A stretch of 60,120 nucleotides of DNA. Origin: Poseidonia sp. Its GTDB lineage: Archaea; Thermoplasmatota; Poseidoniia; Poseidoniales; Poseidoniaceae. The notes below the pieces were generated by a model. The model did no database searches. It had not been told where the DNA came from and worked only from the letters and a program-made list of their open reading frames with translations. Made by a program: the position numbers and the translations under genes. This document shows, piece by piece, positions 27,871 to 37,809 of this stretch. Location of the stretch: contig JAURDW010000003.1 of the NCBI GenBank assembly GCA_030827745.1, positions 1 through 60,120 on the forward strand, given 5' to 3'. Each line of letters begins with the position of its first letter. Positions within the stretch are counted from its first letter, which is position 1.

Positions 27871-30753
27871 ATGCTTCTTGAGCCTGCACCCTCTCGTCAA
27901 ACCATGGACCGCGAGGGCTCACCGTTTGAAGCCCTGCAACTCGCCGCTGAACGAGCGGCGTTTCGATTACGGCAAGGCGTGAGCGACCGACTGGAACGCC
28001 TTTATGGCACGGCCCTCAGTTCACCCGGCACCGTCTTGCTCCTCTTTGTTGTCATCAGTGCCGTGTTTGCTCAGCAGGGCATGGCTTTTCAACAACAAAT
28101 CGACGACGACGTTGAAATTTTCCTCCCTGACGGTGCACCGTCGACCACGCTCCTGCTCGAGGTGCGAGAGGAATGGTCCACCGACCTTGCCGTCATTTAC
28201 ATCCGTACGCCCAACGCGTTCAACCCCAACGACAACACGAACATCACCAACGAAGCTATTCTCAACGAAATAAGTTGGATTGAAGGGGATGACCGGAACA
28301 TCGATGGAGATTCAACCGGGCGAGGGATGGATTACGACAAAGACGACCACGGTCGTAACGATGGTGTGCTGTGGATCATTTCTCCTGCCCAAGTCATCAA
28401 GGAAATCAATTCTGCAGACGGGCGGTTCAACAACTCGCTGTGTGTTCATGGCGTGAACAACCGTCTTCCCATCGACCTCGATTGTTCATCGCTGCCCCCA
28501 GGAGGCGCCTATGCCATTCCAAGTCAGGATCGAATTGACCAAATCATCGAGGAGTCTGACGGGGCGTTCGAGGCCCTCATCAAAGACACCAACGACATGG
28601 ACCCAACGGTGGACAGCGACGGAGATGGAAATTACACCAACGATATGGACGGAGATGGCATTTGGGACACCACCGCCATCGTCGTCGGGTTGCACCATAA
28701 CCCTGCTGAAACCGGTGATTGGGAGGATTTCTCGGCTTTGCTCAACCACTTTCAAAACATCATTGATGACCGACCTGCCGAATACAGAAGCACCGATATG
28801 ACCGTCACGGGCTTGACCAAAGTTTTGGAAGATGTCTCGGACGCCATTTACGAGGACCTTCTGATGATTTTGCCTTGGTCGGTTTTGTTCACCGTCCTCA
28901 TCATTACCGCCCTCCACAGGTCTGCCAAGGTCGTGGTGATCACCGGAACACCCATTCTCATGGCGTTGGCCATCACCTTCGGTTCGTCGGTGGTGCTCGA
29001 CATCACCTTGACGCCGATGATCGTTGCCACTTTCCCGATTCTCATTGGCTTGGGGGTGGACTATGCGCTTCATATGGTGAACCGGATTGAAGAGGTCCGA
29101 CGAAAAGAGCTGAACAAAGCGCTCGACGCGAACGAGCGAAGGCGAAAAAGAGGCCAACCACCTGAACCCGTGCCCGACCTGTGGGACATGGAGTTCTACA
29201 AATCCTGTGTCATGGAAATGACCCGTTCAACCGGGGTGGCCGTCATGCTTTCAGCCCTCACGACCATCGTCGGTTTTTCCGTGCTCATCGCCCCCATGAT
29301 CGTTCCTGTAAGCCCCATTCGCTCCGTTGGCGTAACCCTCGTCATCGGGATTTCTTCGACCTTGATCCTCAGCATCGTCTTGGTACCAACCCTTGCATGG
29401 TTGCTGAAATTTAACAAACGAAGCAATCCCGGCGTTTGGAGAAACATCGGCCAAGCACCTGTGAAAGGTTTCCTGATCATCATCCTGCTTGCCACGTCAA
29501 TCACGGCCTACGGCGTTGCGAACATGGACGAACTCAACAAGCCCATCACGGGTTCATCGGAGGCACCGGACGGGATTGAATCGCTGAATTCCCTCGCAGA
29601 ATATTCTCGCCAATTCAGCAGTGGGCAAACATCGTTGTACATTTACGATGCATCAGAACGGCCCAACGCCAACGAAACCGACAACATCCGAGACCTGCCG
29701 GTGCTCGATGCCATGGACGAAATTGAGCAAGCCGTTGATGGCGTCGACGAAACCTCCACCACGAGCATCATCACCTTCCTCAAAGCGGTCCCTGCCTCCT
29801 TGACCCTTACCGATGGTGTCACGGTTGGTGATGGCTCACTTTGGGACCTCTTGCACGACCCCTGCTGGGAGAGCGAATCCCTGCTTGACCCAGAGTGCGT
29901 GGGTTGGACCGTCGTCCCGCTGAGCGAGCGTGAAGCACTCCGAAAGGACATGGTCAACGTCGCGGTTGACACCTTGTCTCCTGAAGTGCAGTCCATGCTG
30001 CTGAACGAAGCGGGAACGAAAGCCATCGTCTACGTCGCCCAACCGTACATGAACCTCAACGTCGCTGGAGAGTTGCGGGAAGAAATCGATGGCATCCTCG
30101 GAACAGGCCCGTCTCTCCTCAACACGAGGACGTCGCTTCTAACGGGAGGGTTGCCTGTTTCATTGGACATCAACGAGGGTATTCATGACACGCAATCCAC
30201 CACGACCCTGCTGACGTTGTTGATTCTCACCCTTGTTTTGATGATGGTGTTCCGTTCAGCCCGCCTGGGCATTTACACGATGCTTCCCGTGGCCGTTGTC
30301 ATCCTCTGGCAGCCCCTGCTCATGCGAAGCGGAGACGTCAATGTCAACATATTCACCGCCATGATTGGGACCATTGTCTTCGGCATCGGTGTGGACGATT
30401 CAATTCACGTCATGCATCGCATACGAGAAGAGGGAGAATCGCCCAGTGGACTCGCCGCAGCGGTTGAGGAAACTGGGCAAACCATCTTTGAGACCACCAT
30501 CACGACGGTATCGGGCATTGGAGCAGGTTTCCTTGCTGCGTTTCCTGGCTTGGAGAACTTCTTCATGCTGATGTGTCTGCTGATCATTTTCGCCTTCATC
30601 ACCAGTGCTTTCCTCCTCCCTGCGATCATCACAGCCGAACACGTTGTCAGAGCTAAAATCAACAAGCATCCAACATGGATTGATTTTGGTGAAGGGATTG
30701 CTGTTTCTCAACCCAGCGTCATGAAAACGCTTGATGCCGTTCTTGATGATTGA
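27871..30753 (+). CDS. MMPL/RND-family membrane transporter with DxDxDG Ca-binding-like insert
   Basis: 960 aa; GLGVDYALH and GIGVDDSIH; DSDGDGNYTNDMDGDGIWD in loop 1; start may be ATG 27904. Confidence 0.88.
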   Translation: MLLEPAPSRQTMDREGSPFEALQLAAERAAFRLRQGVSDRLERLYGTALSSPGTVLLLFVVISAVFAQQGMAFQQQIDDDVEIFLPDGAPSTTLLLEVREEWSTDLAVIYIRTPNAFNPNDNTNITNEAILNEISWIEGDDRNIDGDSTGRGMDYDKDDHGRNDGVLWIISPAQVIKEINSADGRFNNSLCVHGVNNRLPIDLDCSSLPPGGAYAIPSQDRIDQIIEESDGAFEALIKDTNDMDPTVDSDGDGNYTNDMDGDGIWDTTAIVVGLHHNPAETGDWEDFSALLNHFQNIIDDRPAEYRSTDMTVTGLTKVLEDVSDAIYEDLLMILPWSVLFTVLIITALHRSAKVVVITGTPILMALAITFGSSVVLDITLTPMIVATFPILIGLGVDYALHMVNRIEEVRRKELNKALDANERRRKRGQPPEPVPDLWDMEFYKSCVMEMTRSTGVAVMLSALTTIVGFSVLIAPMIVPVSPIRSVGVTLVIGISSTLILSIVLVPTLAWLLKFNKRSNPGVWRNIGQAPVKGFLIIILLATSITAYGVANMDELNKPITGSSEAPDGIESLNSLAEYSRQFSSGQTSLYIYDASERPNANETDNIRDLPVLDAMDEIEQAVDGVDETSTTSIITFLKAVPASLTLTDGVTVGDGSLWDLLHDPCWESESLLDPECVGWTVVPLSEREALRKDMVNVAVDTLSPEVQSMLLNEAGTKAIVYVAQPYMNLNVAGELREEIDGILGTGPSLLNTRTSLLTGGLPVSLDINEGIHDTQSTTTLLTLLILTLVLMMVFRSARLGIYTMLPVAVVILWQPLLMRSGDVNVNIFTAMIGTIVFGIGVDDSIHVMHRIREEGESPSGLAAAVEETGQTIFETTITTVSGIGAGFLAAFPGLENFFMLMCLLIIFAFITSAFLLPAIITAEHVVRAKINKHPTWIDFGEGIAVSQPSVMKTLDAVLDD

Positions 30754-30755
30754 GT

Positions 30756-31058
30756 GGAGGGAGTAGGGAGTAAGCCCCTTTCTGTTCCCTTACGGTGACC
30801 GCATTCAACTGTGCGTCCTACCTGTCCCTCGTCGTGCCGAGTCAACGGGACGGTTTGGACTTGCTCCGGCGGGGTGGCTCGTCTCATCGACCACAAGGCA
30901 ACCTCGGTCTTTCAACGTCATCGTACACACCTTGCATCGTTCGTTTCTGCAGCCTGAACCCAACCATTTCTGTTTGCTTCCTTATGGTAGCCGCCTGCAC
31001 TTTGGAGAGGGGACTTTCCTCAGAGTCGAACTCTGTCAGCGGTCCTCCTACTCCCTCC
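30756..31058 (-). ncRNA. rnpB: RNase P RNA (archaeal type A)
   Basis: Minus strand: perfect 12-bp P1 (31047-31058 with 30756-30767), P2 GACCGC/GCGGUC, GAGGAAAGUCC, GGAGCAAG, 3' AACAGAAAGGGGCUUA, P7 GGCGG/CCGCC, P6 GUGC/GCAC; TTGAAAT about 25-31 nt upstream. Confidence 0.95.
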
Positions 31059-31110
31059 GCTTCCGTAGCGAGGTCTCTTTGCATTTCAACCAGTCGGACA
31101 CCGCCAATTG

Positions 31111-34100
31111 TCAACGGTAGGGATTCTCACCAGGAGATGCTGAGGTGTCCGTTGCCCCGTAAGGTCCCTTCGGCACCTCGGATGACGAGGGTAGAGCAAC
31201 GGCTTTTTTGGGAACAGAAGTGGCCAAATTCGCACTGCTTGGAGGTTCACGCCTCAAGCCTACCAAAAGCAAGGCGACCAAAACCAAAACAAGAACACTC
31301 ACCACGGAGAGCAAAACAGGGTTCACAGAGCCGATGCTGCCCAAGACACCGTCGCTGCGCGTCTCATCCACCAAAACCGTAGAAGATTGCGCGTTGGGTC
31401 CGTTCATGATGCTCAATTCCAACCACTGGGTCCCTTCACGACCGGGCTTCCAAAGGTATTGGTACAGAACTTGTTCGCCCGATTGAATGTTCAAACTCCG
31501 AGCGTCCAAGCGCGTCCGGGCTCCGCTCGATTCCACGAGTTCAAGGACAAGGTTGGCTTCTCCATCGGCGAGGCCGACGTTGTTTATCATGGCGGCGACC
31601 TCTACGAAGTCGCCTTGACGAATGTCCGAACGGGGATCCATCTCAACATCAGACAACGTGAAGGAGGGAACCCGTTGTTCCAATGACCAAACCCGGAGAG
31701 GAGCGTCGATGTCGTTGAACACGCTATCGACGCTTAGGCCGGCCTCGTCGTTTCCGGAGACCCAGATACGCAATTCAACGGCTCGAGTTCGAAAAGCAGG
31801 GAGCATCAATGCATCAAGGTCCAAGACACATTGGAGCGGAACCGATTCACCGCTGAGCCGTTCACCCATCAAGGTCAAAGGAACCGACCCGTTGTCAAAG
31901 ACATAGGAATTCAGACCTAAACCTGCTTCATTCAAGGACCAGTGCAACGTGAGGCTTTCCTCGTCCAATCGGGCGTTTTCGGCCAATCGAAGCTCAAATC
32001 TCAGATCGTCCCAATCATCCTCGGTTAACAAGGAATTGTCACTTGGTTGGTCAACGGCGACGACGCTCGGTGCTTCGTTGTCGACGATGACCCAAACAAA
32101 AGCGGAATTGTCCCCCCGGTAGACAGCTCCATTGGGGGCATCAAACAACCCGCCAAACAAGCCGTAGGCTCCGTCTTGTAGCGGGGCAAGGAGGGCCCCC
32201 GTAAAGGAACCGTTGACCGCCTCAAAATTGACCGTGGTTTCACCTAGCCGAAGTTCAATGTCGAGGTCTTGTTGGGGCACGGTGCCCGTGCGGTACCAGA
32301 CCAAATCCCCCGAAACACCGAACGTGGTCCGTGGTTGGACCCAGTAGCCCAGCGCAGAGGGAGACTCATCCTCCAAGTCAATTTGGATGGAGGAGGTGGC
32401 AATAGCGAGTTCTCCCGAGAAACGCCAACCCAAGGGCTCGAGCAAGAACATGTTGGATTGACCGGATTGGTCGACCATCGTGAGGTGAGGCACACGGGTC
32501 ACCGAGGTGTCGGGGTCATACCCCCATTCAAGGGAGAAATTCACGACAAATTCTCCGTTCCTCGAGAAGAGGTCGTTGGTTTCCATCGCCACCAATTCAC
32601 ACGACAAAACCTCGACATACGGGTCAGTTGAGGAGCAGGTTTTGGTGGTTTGATTCCACAGAACCGTGGAAGGCTGGGCGGTGTTTGATGCGAGCTCAAG
32701 TTCCATTTCAGCCAAGTCAAAAATCCCGTTTTGCTCCCAGACCGGTACTCGGATTTGATTGACTTCACCGGGGTGGAACCAAGGCTCTTGTATCCCGTTT
32801 GGCCAACCAAGTGATGTGGCACCCAAGGAAGGGGCGCCGTTGGTGTTCAGTTGTACATGAAACATGGGCGAACTGGCTGAACCACCGTCTTCCATCACAT
32901 GGCCTGCGCTGTCGGCAACCTCCAGCCAGCCGAGGAAAAAGTCACCCTCTGATGCGTCGGAGGTGTCCACCGACAAGCCGTATTGACCCATCAAGACCGT
33001 GAGGTTGGTTGGGAGCGTGAGGGCATACCCGCTTTGTTCACCGTTGTCGAAGACGGAATTCTCATTGGCGTCATCCACCCAAGAACGCCACACATAGGCG
33101 ATGGCGTGGACGGGGAGATGGGGGCGGTCGGCGATGGTGAACGTCAACTCGTTGACCGGCTGTACATCGCGGTTGTCAAAGGTCGCCACGCTGCTGTCCA
33201 TCAAGGTGGGTGCGACGTTGTCAAAGAGGAAACGATGCTCCAAGGGGATGGTGCTCACGACGTTCTGCCCACGGAGGGGGACGACCTCCACGCTCAAATC
33301 AACGGATGGTCGTCCGGAGGGAACATTCCATGCAAAGGTTGCCACACCCTCGTTGAACAACGTCGTTGTCGCATATTCCGTTCCGTCAACGAGGAAGCGA
33401 ACCAGCGCTTGCCCCGACCTCGGGGTGCCTTCGTCAGTCCCCTCAAAACCCATCACCACCTCGACATTCACCAACTGCCCAGAACGTAAGTAAGGAAATG
33501 CTGGCGAGGAGCGAATGCCCTCGTCGGACACCACCGCCCAAGAGATCACCTCAAGGTCGTTCTCAACGCCCATGTCGCTGCCGAGTCCAAGCACTTTGGA
33601 GACGGGGAGCATGGGGCCACCGGTTGAAATCAAATGCACCGTTAGCACAGCAGAGTCCTCATCATCCCATCCATCTGGAAATTTGAATCGGTGCATGACC
33701 TCAAGATACGGACCAGAACCCACTGCCGAAATTGAGCCGGGGAGGCCTTCGTCAAACCAGAGGAGAGCCGTCCCCGAGGCGCTGCAAGAGGCGATGCTCA
33801 GGGGCGTCACGGGCAGACTTTGAACCGGACATCGCAGAACGGACCGTTGGTTCTGACCCACCAACTGCAATTCAACCTCCCATGCGGATTGGTGTGCATG
33901 CGTGATGGCGTCGCCGACATTCAATGGGGAGAAATCAAAGGTGCTTCGGGTTTCCACCCACTCGTTGCCAGGTACAAGGGTGTCCGTCACGTTTGAAAGT
34001 TCCATCGTGAGACCCTTGACGGAGGCTTGTGTTTGGAGGTCGTTGACCGTGAGGTAGACCGACCCAGTCCCGTCCATTCGTACCGGCAGGCTGACCGTTC

Positions 34101-36093
34101 GCTGGCCCTGAACGGGAACGATGTCTGCAAGCGCATGGTTCAAGCCCATCACCAGCGGGCTCGCTGCATTGAGACTCAAGTTGAGGGGCGTGGCGTAGGG
34201 GGCGAAAACGCCCCCGAAGTGCAGTTGGGAAGTGCTCAGCGATGACCCAATACGAAGTTCAACCGTTGCCATCGGCAGATCGGAAATGCCCTGTGTGTTG
34301 CTTGCTTGAGCGAGGGCATCGTTGAGGGTTTGGAGTTCACTTGCCGTCAAGCGCACCTCAACCAGGTCGTTGATGTTGGCCAAGTTCCGACTTAAGATGT
34401 CTTGACCGTTCACGGCCAGAGCGAGGAAGGGATTGGCGATGGGGCCAGTCGGTGAGGCGAGGGCAAAAGAAAACGCGTCAACACCTCCCGTCGGCAAGGC
34501 CACCTCCAAGGAAGCGGTGGATGCGGGGGCAATGGAACGCTCCACCCATGATTCACCCGAGACGAGCACATCTTGAAGACCCAAGGCGCCCAAAGCGTTG
34601 CGGTCCAAGGACCATTCCGCAGTTCCATCCAAGCCCACGTCCATTCGGAGACCGTCAACCACGGAGGTACGGACAAGTTCGACCTCAAAGGCCTGCCACG
34701 TGTAGGTACCCCCTGTTGAGTCCATTCGGAACTGAACGGAAAAGGCAGGCTCTTCCAAGGCCAAACGCTCCTGTGCACCGATGGTCTGCCATGACCCACC
34801 GCCATTAAGGGAAAACTGCAGCAAGCCCGGACCCGTATGGACGTTGTTGGCTTGAATGACTGAAAATCCGCTTCGAACGTCGTAGGTGTTGGACAGGACG
34901 ACGCCTGAGGATGAAATGGCGCCGTTGGCCCAAGAACCTGCTTGAATCTGCCACCCCTCAGCAGAAGGGTCCGTGGTGAACGATTTCGAAATCAGTCCGT
35001 TGTGTGAAAGGCTACGGACCTCTGACCCGCCTCCCGAGGCGGCTTCCTTCATGTGAACCTTCAGGCGAAGCAAGGGGTGGTCGTTTTCATCGATCATTCC
35101 CAAATCCACGTAAGGCAGGGTTAAGCGTTCAAAACCAGGAACTGGAGTCGAGGTTAAGGCGTTCAAGATTTGATATTCAAACACGGAACCTGGCAATTCC
35201 ATGAGGTCCATGTGAAGCAAACCATGTTTGGTGGATTCACCTCGTCCAAGCAACGTCGGCCCAAAGATGTCAGAGGTCCAATTTCCTTCCCCGTTGCCCG
35301 AACCCGAGGTCGGTGTGATCAGGATGTTGTCCACCCAAGCCGTGTCCGAACCGCTGTTGACGCTACCGTCTTTGGTGTATTTCCAGGTGAGCGTTTGAGC
35401 ACTCGCCGGGAACGAGAAGGTTTGGGTCCCAGAAGTTGACCCCGACCATCGGTTGGTGTAGCCGCTTGAGCGACTGCATCCGGTGTTATCGATGCAAAAA
35501 ACGAGGTAGTCAAAACTGGATTCCGAGGAGACACGGTATTGGAACGTCCCCGAGGAGGCGGGAAGTTGGGATACATCGAGGACCATGGTGGATTGTTGAT
35601 TGTGGGTGATGCTTCCGGCTTTTGCCCATTGAAGGCCCTGGAGATTGCTTCCTGTTTGAATGGCCCAATTGGAAGAGCCACTCAAGGTCCATTCCGAAGA
35701 GAAGGAACCGGATTCAAAATCATAGTTCCAATCCTGAGGAAGGAGTTTCAGTTCGGAGGTGTTGACGTCCATACCGTCGTAAACGGCGTTGTTGTCAAAA
35801 TCCCCTGCCTCGGTCATGGTGCTTGCCAGGGAGTTGGTCAACGTGCTTGCTTCGAGACCGATGTCGAGGGCCTTGATGGCATGCCCGTCCGGTACGCTGA
35901 GTTGGACCCGTTGATTGGCACCATCCGGCCATGAACCAACGGTCAAGCGAGTCGCTTGGCCGATGGGCGTTGTGTGTTTTGCATCGTTAGCATGCTCTGA
36001 AACGAGCGGAGCTGGGTCAACGGGCAGGGTTGAAACGAGCATGAGCCCGACGAGCGTCATGGCGAGCATGGCCTTCGGCAACCTCGGACCCAT
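31111..36093 (-). CDS. Giant secreted, membrane-anchored surface protein (jelly-roll adhesin-like module, repeated beta-sandwiches, CARDB, C-terminal TM)
   Basis: About 1660 aa from ATG 36093 (alternative 36135); signal peptide; VSSESSFDYLVFCID...WKYTKDGSVNSGSDTAWVDNI module; CARDB VAAMINNVGLADGE; TM followed by RRE and a Pro-rich tail. Confidence 0.85.
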   Translation of the reverse strand: MGPRLPKAMLAMTLVGLMLVSTLPVDPAPLVSEHANDAKHTTPIGQATRLTVGSWPDGANQRVQLSVPDGHAIKALDIGLEASTLTNSLASTMTEAGDFDNNAVYDGMDVNTSELKLLPQDWNYDFESGSFSSEWTLSGSSNWAIQTGSNLQGLQWAKAGSITHNQQSTMVLDVSQLPASSGTFQYRVSSESSFDYLVFCIDNTGCSRSSGYTNRWSGSTSGTQTFSFPASAQTLTWKYTKDGSVNSGSDTAWVDNILITPTSGSGNGEGNWTSDIFGPTLLGRGESTKHGLLHMDLMELPGSVFEYQILNALTSTPVPGFERLTLPYVDLGMIDENDHPLLRLKVHMKEAASGGGSEVRSLSHNGLISKSFTTDPSAEGWQIQAGSWANGAISSSGVVLSNTYDVRSGFSVIQANNVHTGPGLLQFSLNGGGSWQTIGAQERLALEEPAFSVQFRMDSTGGTYTWQAFEVELVRTSVVDGLRMDVGLDGTAEWSLDRNALGALGLQDVLVSGESWVERSIAPASTASLEVALPTGGVDAFSFALASPTGPIANPFLALAVNGQDILSRNLANINDLVEVRLTASELQTLNDALAQASNTQGISDLPMATVELRIGSSLSTSQLHFGGVFAPYATPLNLSLNAASPLVMGLNHALADIVPVQGQRTVSLPVRMDGTGSVYLTVNDLQTQASVKGLTMELSNVTDTLVPGNEWVETRSTFDFSPLNVGDAITHAHQSAWEVELQLVGQNQRSVLRCPVQSLPVTPLSIASCSASGTALLWFDEGLPGSISAVGSGPYLEVMHRFKFPDGWDDEDSAVLTVHLISTGGPMLPVSKVLGLGSDMGVENDLEVISWAVVSDEGIRSSPAFPYLRSGQLVNVEVVMGFEGTDEGTPRSGQALVRFLVDGTEYATTTLFNEGVATFAWNVPSGRPSVDLSVEVVPLRGQNVVSTIPLEHRFLFDNVAPTLMDSSVATFDNRDVQPVNELTFTIADRPHLPVHAIAYVWRSWVDDANENSVFDNGEQSGYALTLPTNLTVLMGQYGLSVDTSDASEGDFFLGWLEVADSAGHVMEDGGSASSPMFHVQLNTNGAPSLGATSLGWPNGIQEPWFHPGEVNQIRVPVWEQNGIFDLAEMELELASNTAQPSTVLWNQTTKTCSSTDPYVEVLSCELVAMETNDLFSRNGEFVVNFSLEWGYDPDTSVTRVPHLTMVDQSGQSNMFLLEPLGWRFSGELAIATSSIQIDLEDESPSALGYWVQPRTTFGVSGDLVWYRTGTVPQQDLDIELRLGETTVNFEAVNGSFTGALLAPLQDGAYGLFGGLFDAPNGAVYRGDNSAFVWVIVDNEAPSVVAVDQPSDNSLLTEDDWDDLRFELRLAENARLDEESLTLHWSLNEAGLGLNSYVFDNGSVPLTLMGERLSGESVPLQCVLDLDALMLPAFRTRAVELRIWVSGNDEAGLSVDSVFNDIDAPLRVWSLEQRVPSFTLSDVEMDPRSDIRQGDFVEVAAMINNVGLADGEANLVLELVESSGARTRLDARSLNIQSGEQVLYQYLWKPGREGTQWLELSIMNGPNAQSSTVLVDETRSDGVLGSIGSVNPVLLSVVSVLVLVLVALLLVGLRREPPSSANLATSVPKKAVALPSSSEVPKGPYGATDTSASPGENPYR

Positions 36094-36193
36094 CACTCTG
36101 TGACGGCGTGTTGAAGGTCTAAAGGCTTCGGACATGACCGTCTCGCTCCGACATGAGCGAAAGTCCTTAGATGGCGACGCACGGTTGCAAAGC

Positions 36194-36883
36194 ATGGACG
36201 TTGAATCATTGAAACAAGAGGCCGGCATCGCTGCTTGTGCGTACATCAAGGACGGCATGAACGTAGGGCTTGGGACGGGTTCCACGGTAAAATACACCAT
36301 TCTTGAACTCGGACGAAGAATTGAGAAAGAAGGCCTGCAAATCGTCGGCGTTCCAACCTCGCTTGCCACCGAGAAACTGGCGATTTCCGTTGGCATTCCT
36401 CTGGTGGAGTTGGACTCGCTCGACCATCTGGACGTGGTCGTTGATGGAACCGATGAATTTGACCCGGACTTTAACCTCATCAAAGGCGGTGGTGCAGCCT
36501 TGTTACGAGAAAAAATCGTTGCGCAAGCCTCCACGCAGATGGTCGTCGTCGCCGATGCACGAAAGCAAGTTGAGCGGTTGGGCGCTTTTCCTTTACCCAT
36601 CGAAGTCACGTGTTTTTCTTGGCAAACCACCCAACGAAGCATCGAAGCGGTCTTGGGATGCAGCACTGCAAGGAGAATGAACGGGGAGGAACCCGTCTTG
36701 ACCGACAATGGCAATTTCATCGTGGACGCCAGAACAGGGCCGACGATTCAGAACCCTGCTGAAACGGAACGAGAACTTCTCGCCATTGCGGGGGTCGTAC
36801 AGGTGGGCCTGTTTATCGGGATGTGCAATGTTGTGATTCTTGCAAAAGACGATGGTGTGGAAGTTCTATCAAAAGAAGAATGA
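36194..36883 (+). CDS. rpiA: Ribose-5-phosphate isomerase A
   Basis: VGLGTGST, DGTDEFD, IKGGGAALLREK, LPIEV, TDNGNFIVD. Confidence 0.96.
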   Translation: MDVESLKQEAGIAACAYIKDGMNVGLGTGSTVKYTILELGRRIEKEGLQIVGVPTSLATEKLAISVGIPLVELDSLDHLDVVVDGTDEFDPDFNLIKGGGAALLREKIVAQASTQMVVVADARKQVERLGAFPLPIEVTCFSWQTTQRSIEAVLGCSTARRMNGEEPVLTDNGNFIVDARTGPTIQNPAETERELLAIAGVVQVGLFIGMCNVVILAKDDGVEVLSKEE

Positions 36884-36939
36884 GGATGTCAATCCCAAGT
36901 TGCGTCAATGATTAAATAGACGGGGCAGGAGCCGAACTC

Positions 36940-37013
36940 GGGCCTGTAGCTTAGTCAGGTAGAGCGATGGACTCTTAATCCATCGGTCGCGGGTTCGAAC
37001 CCCGTCAGGCCCG
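36940..37013 (+). tRNA. tRNA-Lys(CUU)
   Basis: Acceptor stem GGGCCTG/CAGGCCC, anticodon arm GATGGA-CTCTTAA-TCCATC, GGTTCGAACCC T-loop; ATTAAATA TATA at 36911-36918. Confidence 0.96.
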
Positions 37014-37316
37014 CTTCACCTCACCGTTCCATTTCGCGAGAACCATCTCTCGGGAAACGGGGCCGAAATTGTGCGAGTCTTCTGTAGCGGTTGGATCGGG
37101 TTGGTCTCCGACCAAGAAAACAGCCCCGTTTTCTTGAATTTGATGGACCCGTTTCACCATCAAAACATCGGCTTTGAGGGGGTGTTGGGCAAGCACCACA
37201 ACACCCACGGAGAGAGCCTCAGGGGGCGCAATTGAATCAAAAAACAACACATCACCGCTACGAAAAGTGGGCCACATGCTTTCGCCTTGGAGGACAACCT
37301 CCAGTGGTTGCGACAT
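37005..37316 (-). CDS. sodX: Nickel-SOD maturation protease (S26 family)
   Basis: VVLQGESMWPTFRSGD, LMVKRV, VGDQPDPTATEDSHNFGPV; directly downstream of sodN. Confidence 0.88.
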   Translation of the reverse strand: MSQPLEVVLQGESMWPTFRSGDVLFFDSIAPPEALSVGVVVLAQHPLKADVLMVKRVHQIQENGAVFLVGDQPDPTATEDSHNFGPVSREMVLAKWNGEVKRA

Positions 37317-37325
37317 CTTGAGCCC

Positions 37326-37766
37326 TCAAGAGGCTCGAATCCAGGAAACTTCTCGGCCTTTCACTGACCAAAACATTTCGTGAATAGCCTGACACGCATC
37401 CATCAATTCTTGGGCGTGCTCTGCTGAAACCTCAACCTTGCATGCAGAGCAGAGTTTTGCGGCGTGCCAGAAGGTTTCGTGAAGGTCGGGAATGGCTTCC
37501 AAATGTTGAGGTTTGAAGAAATCGGTCCAAAGCACGAGCAATTCGTCTTTGCAGGTTTGTGCCTCTTCTTCCTTGATGGCGGCGTAACGTGCCATGGTGT
37601 TGAGGTAAGCGGCCATAGCACCAGCGTCTTCAGCACTCGGTGGCGTAAGAGCGAGCATCTTTTTGGTCATCGACTGGACTGCCTCTGCGGCAATCCGGGC
37701 ACTGGCAGGATCGTACACGCCACAAGGGCCATCACAGTGAGCTTCAGCAACAATTCGGGTCTTCAT
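37326..37766 (-). CDS. sodN: Nickel superoxide dismutase precursor
   Basis: MKTRIVAEA followed by the Ni-hook HCDGPCGVYDP; KEEEA..CKDELLVLWTDFFK...CKV...FW. Confidence 0.96.
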   Translation of the reverse strand: MKTRIVAEAHCDGPCGVYDPASARIAAEAVQSMTKKMLALTPPSAEDAGAMAAYLNTMARYAAIKEEEAQTCKDELLVLWTDFFKPQHLEAIPDLHETFWHAAKLCSACKVEVSAEHAQELMDACQAIHEMFWSVKGREVSWIRAS

Positions 37767-37809
37767 GATGACGCCGAGGCTCCGCCACCATATGAACATG
37801 ATTCTCCAT

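Noticed and set aside
30795-31382. 195-aa plus-strand ORF (and the 30884-31114 minus-strand ORF)
   Set aside because: They overlap the RNase P RNA and the surface-protein 3' end, and show no protein-like motif
36094-36720. N-terminal 209-aa extension of the 1869-aa ORF
   Set aside because: Antisense shadow of rpiA; the signal peptide begins at about 36093
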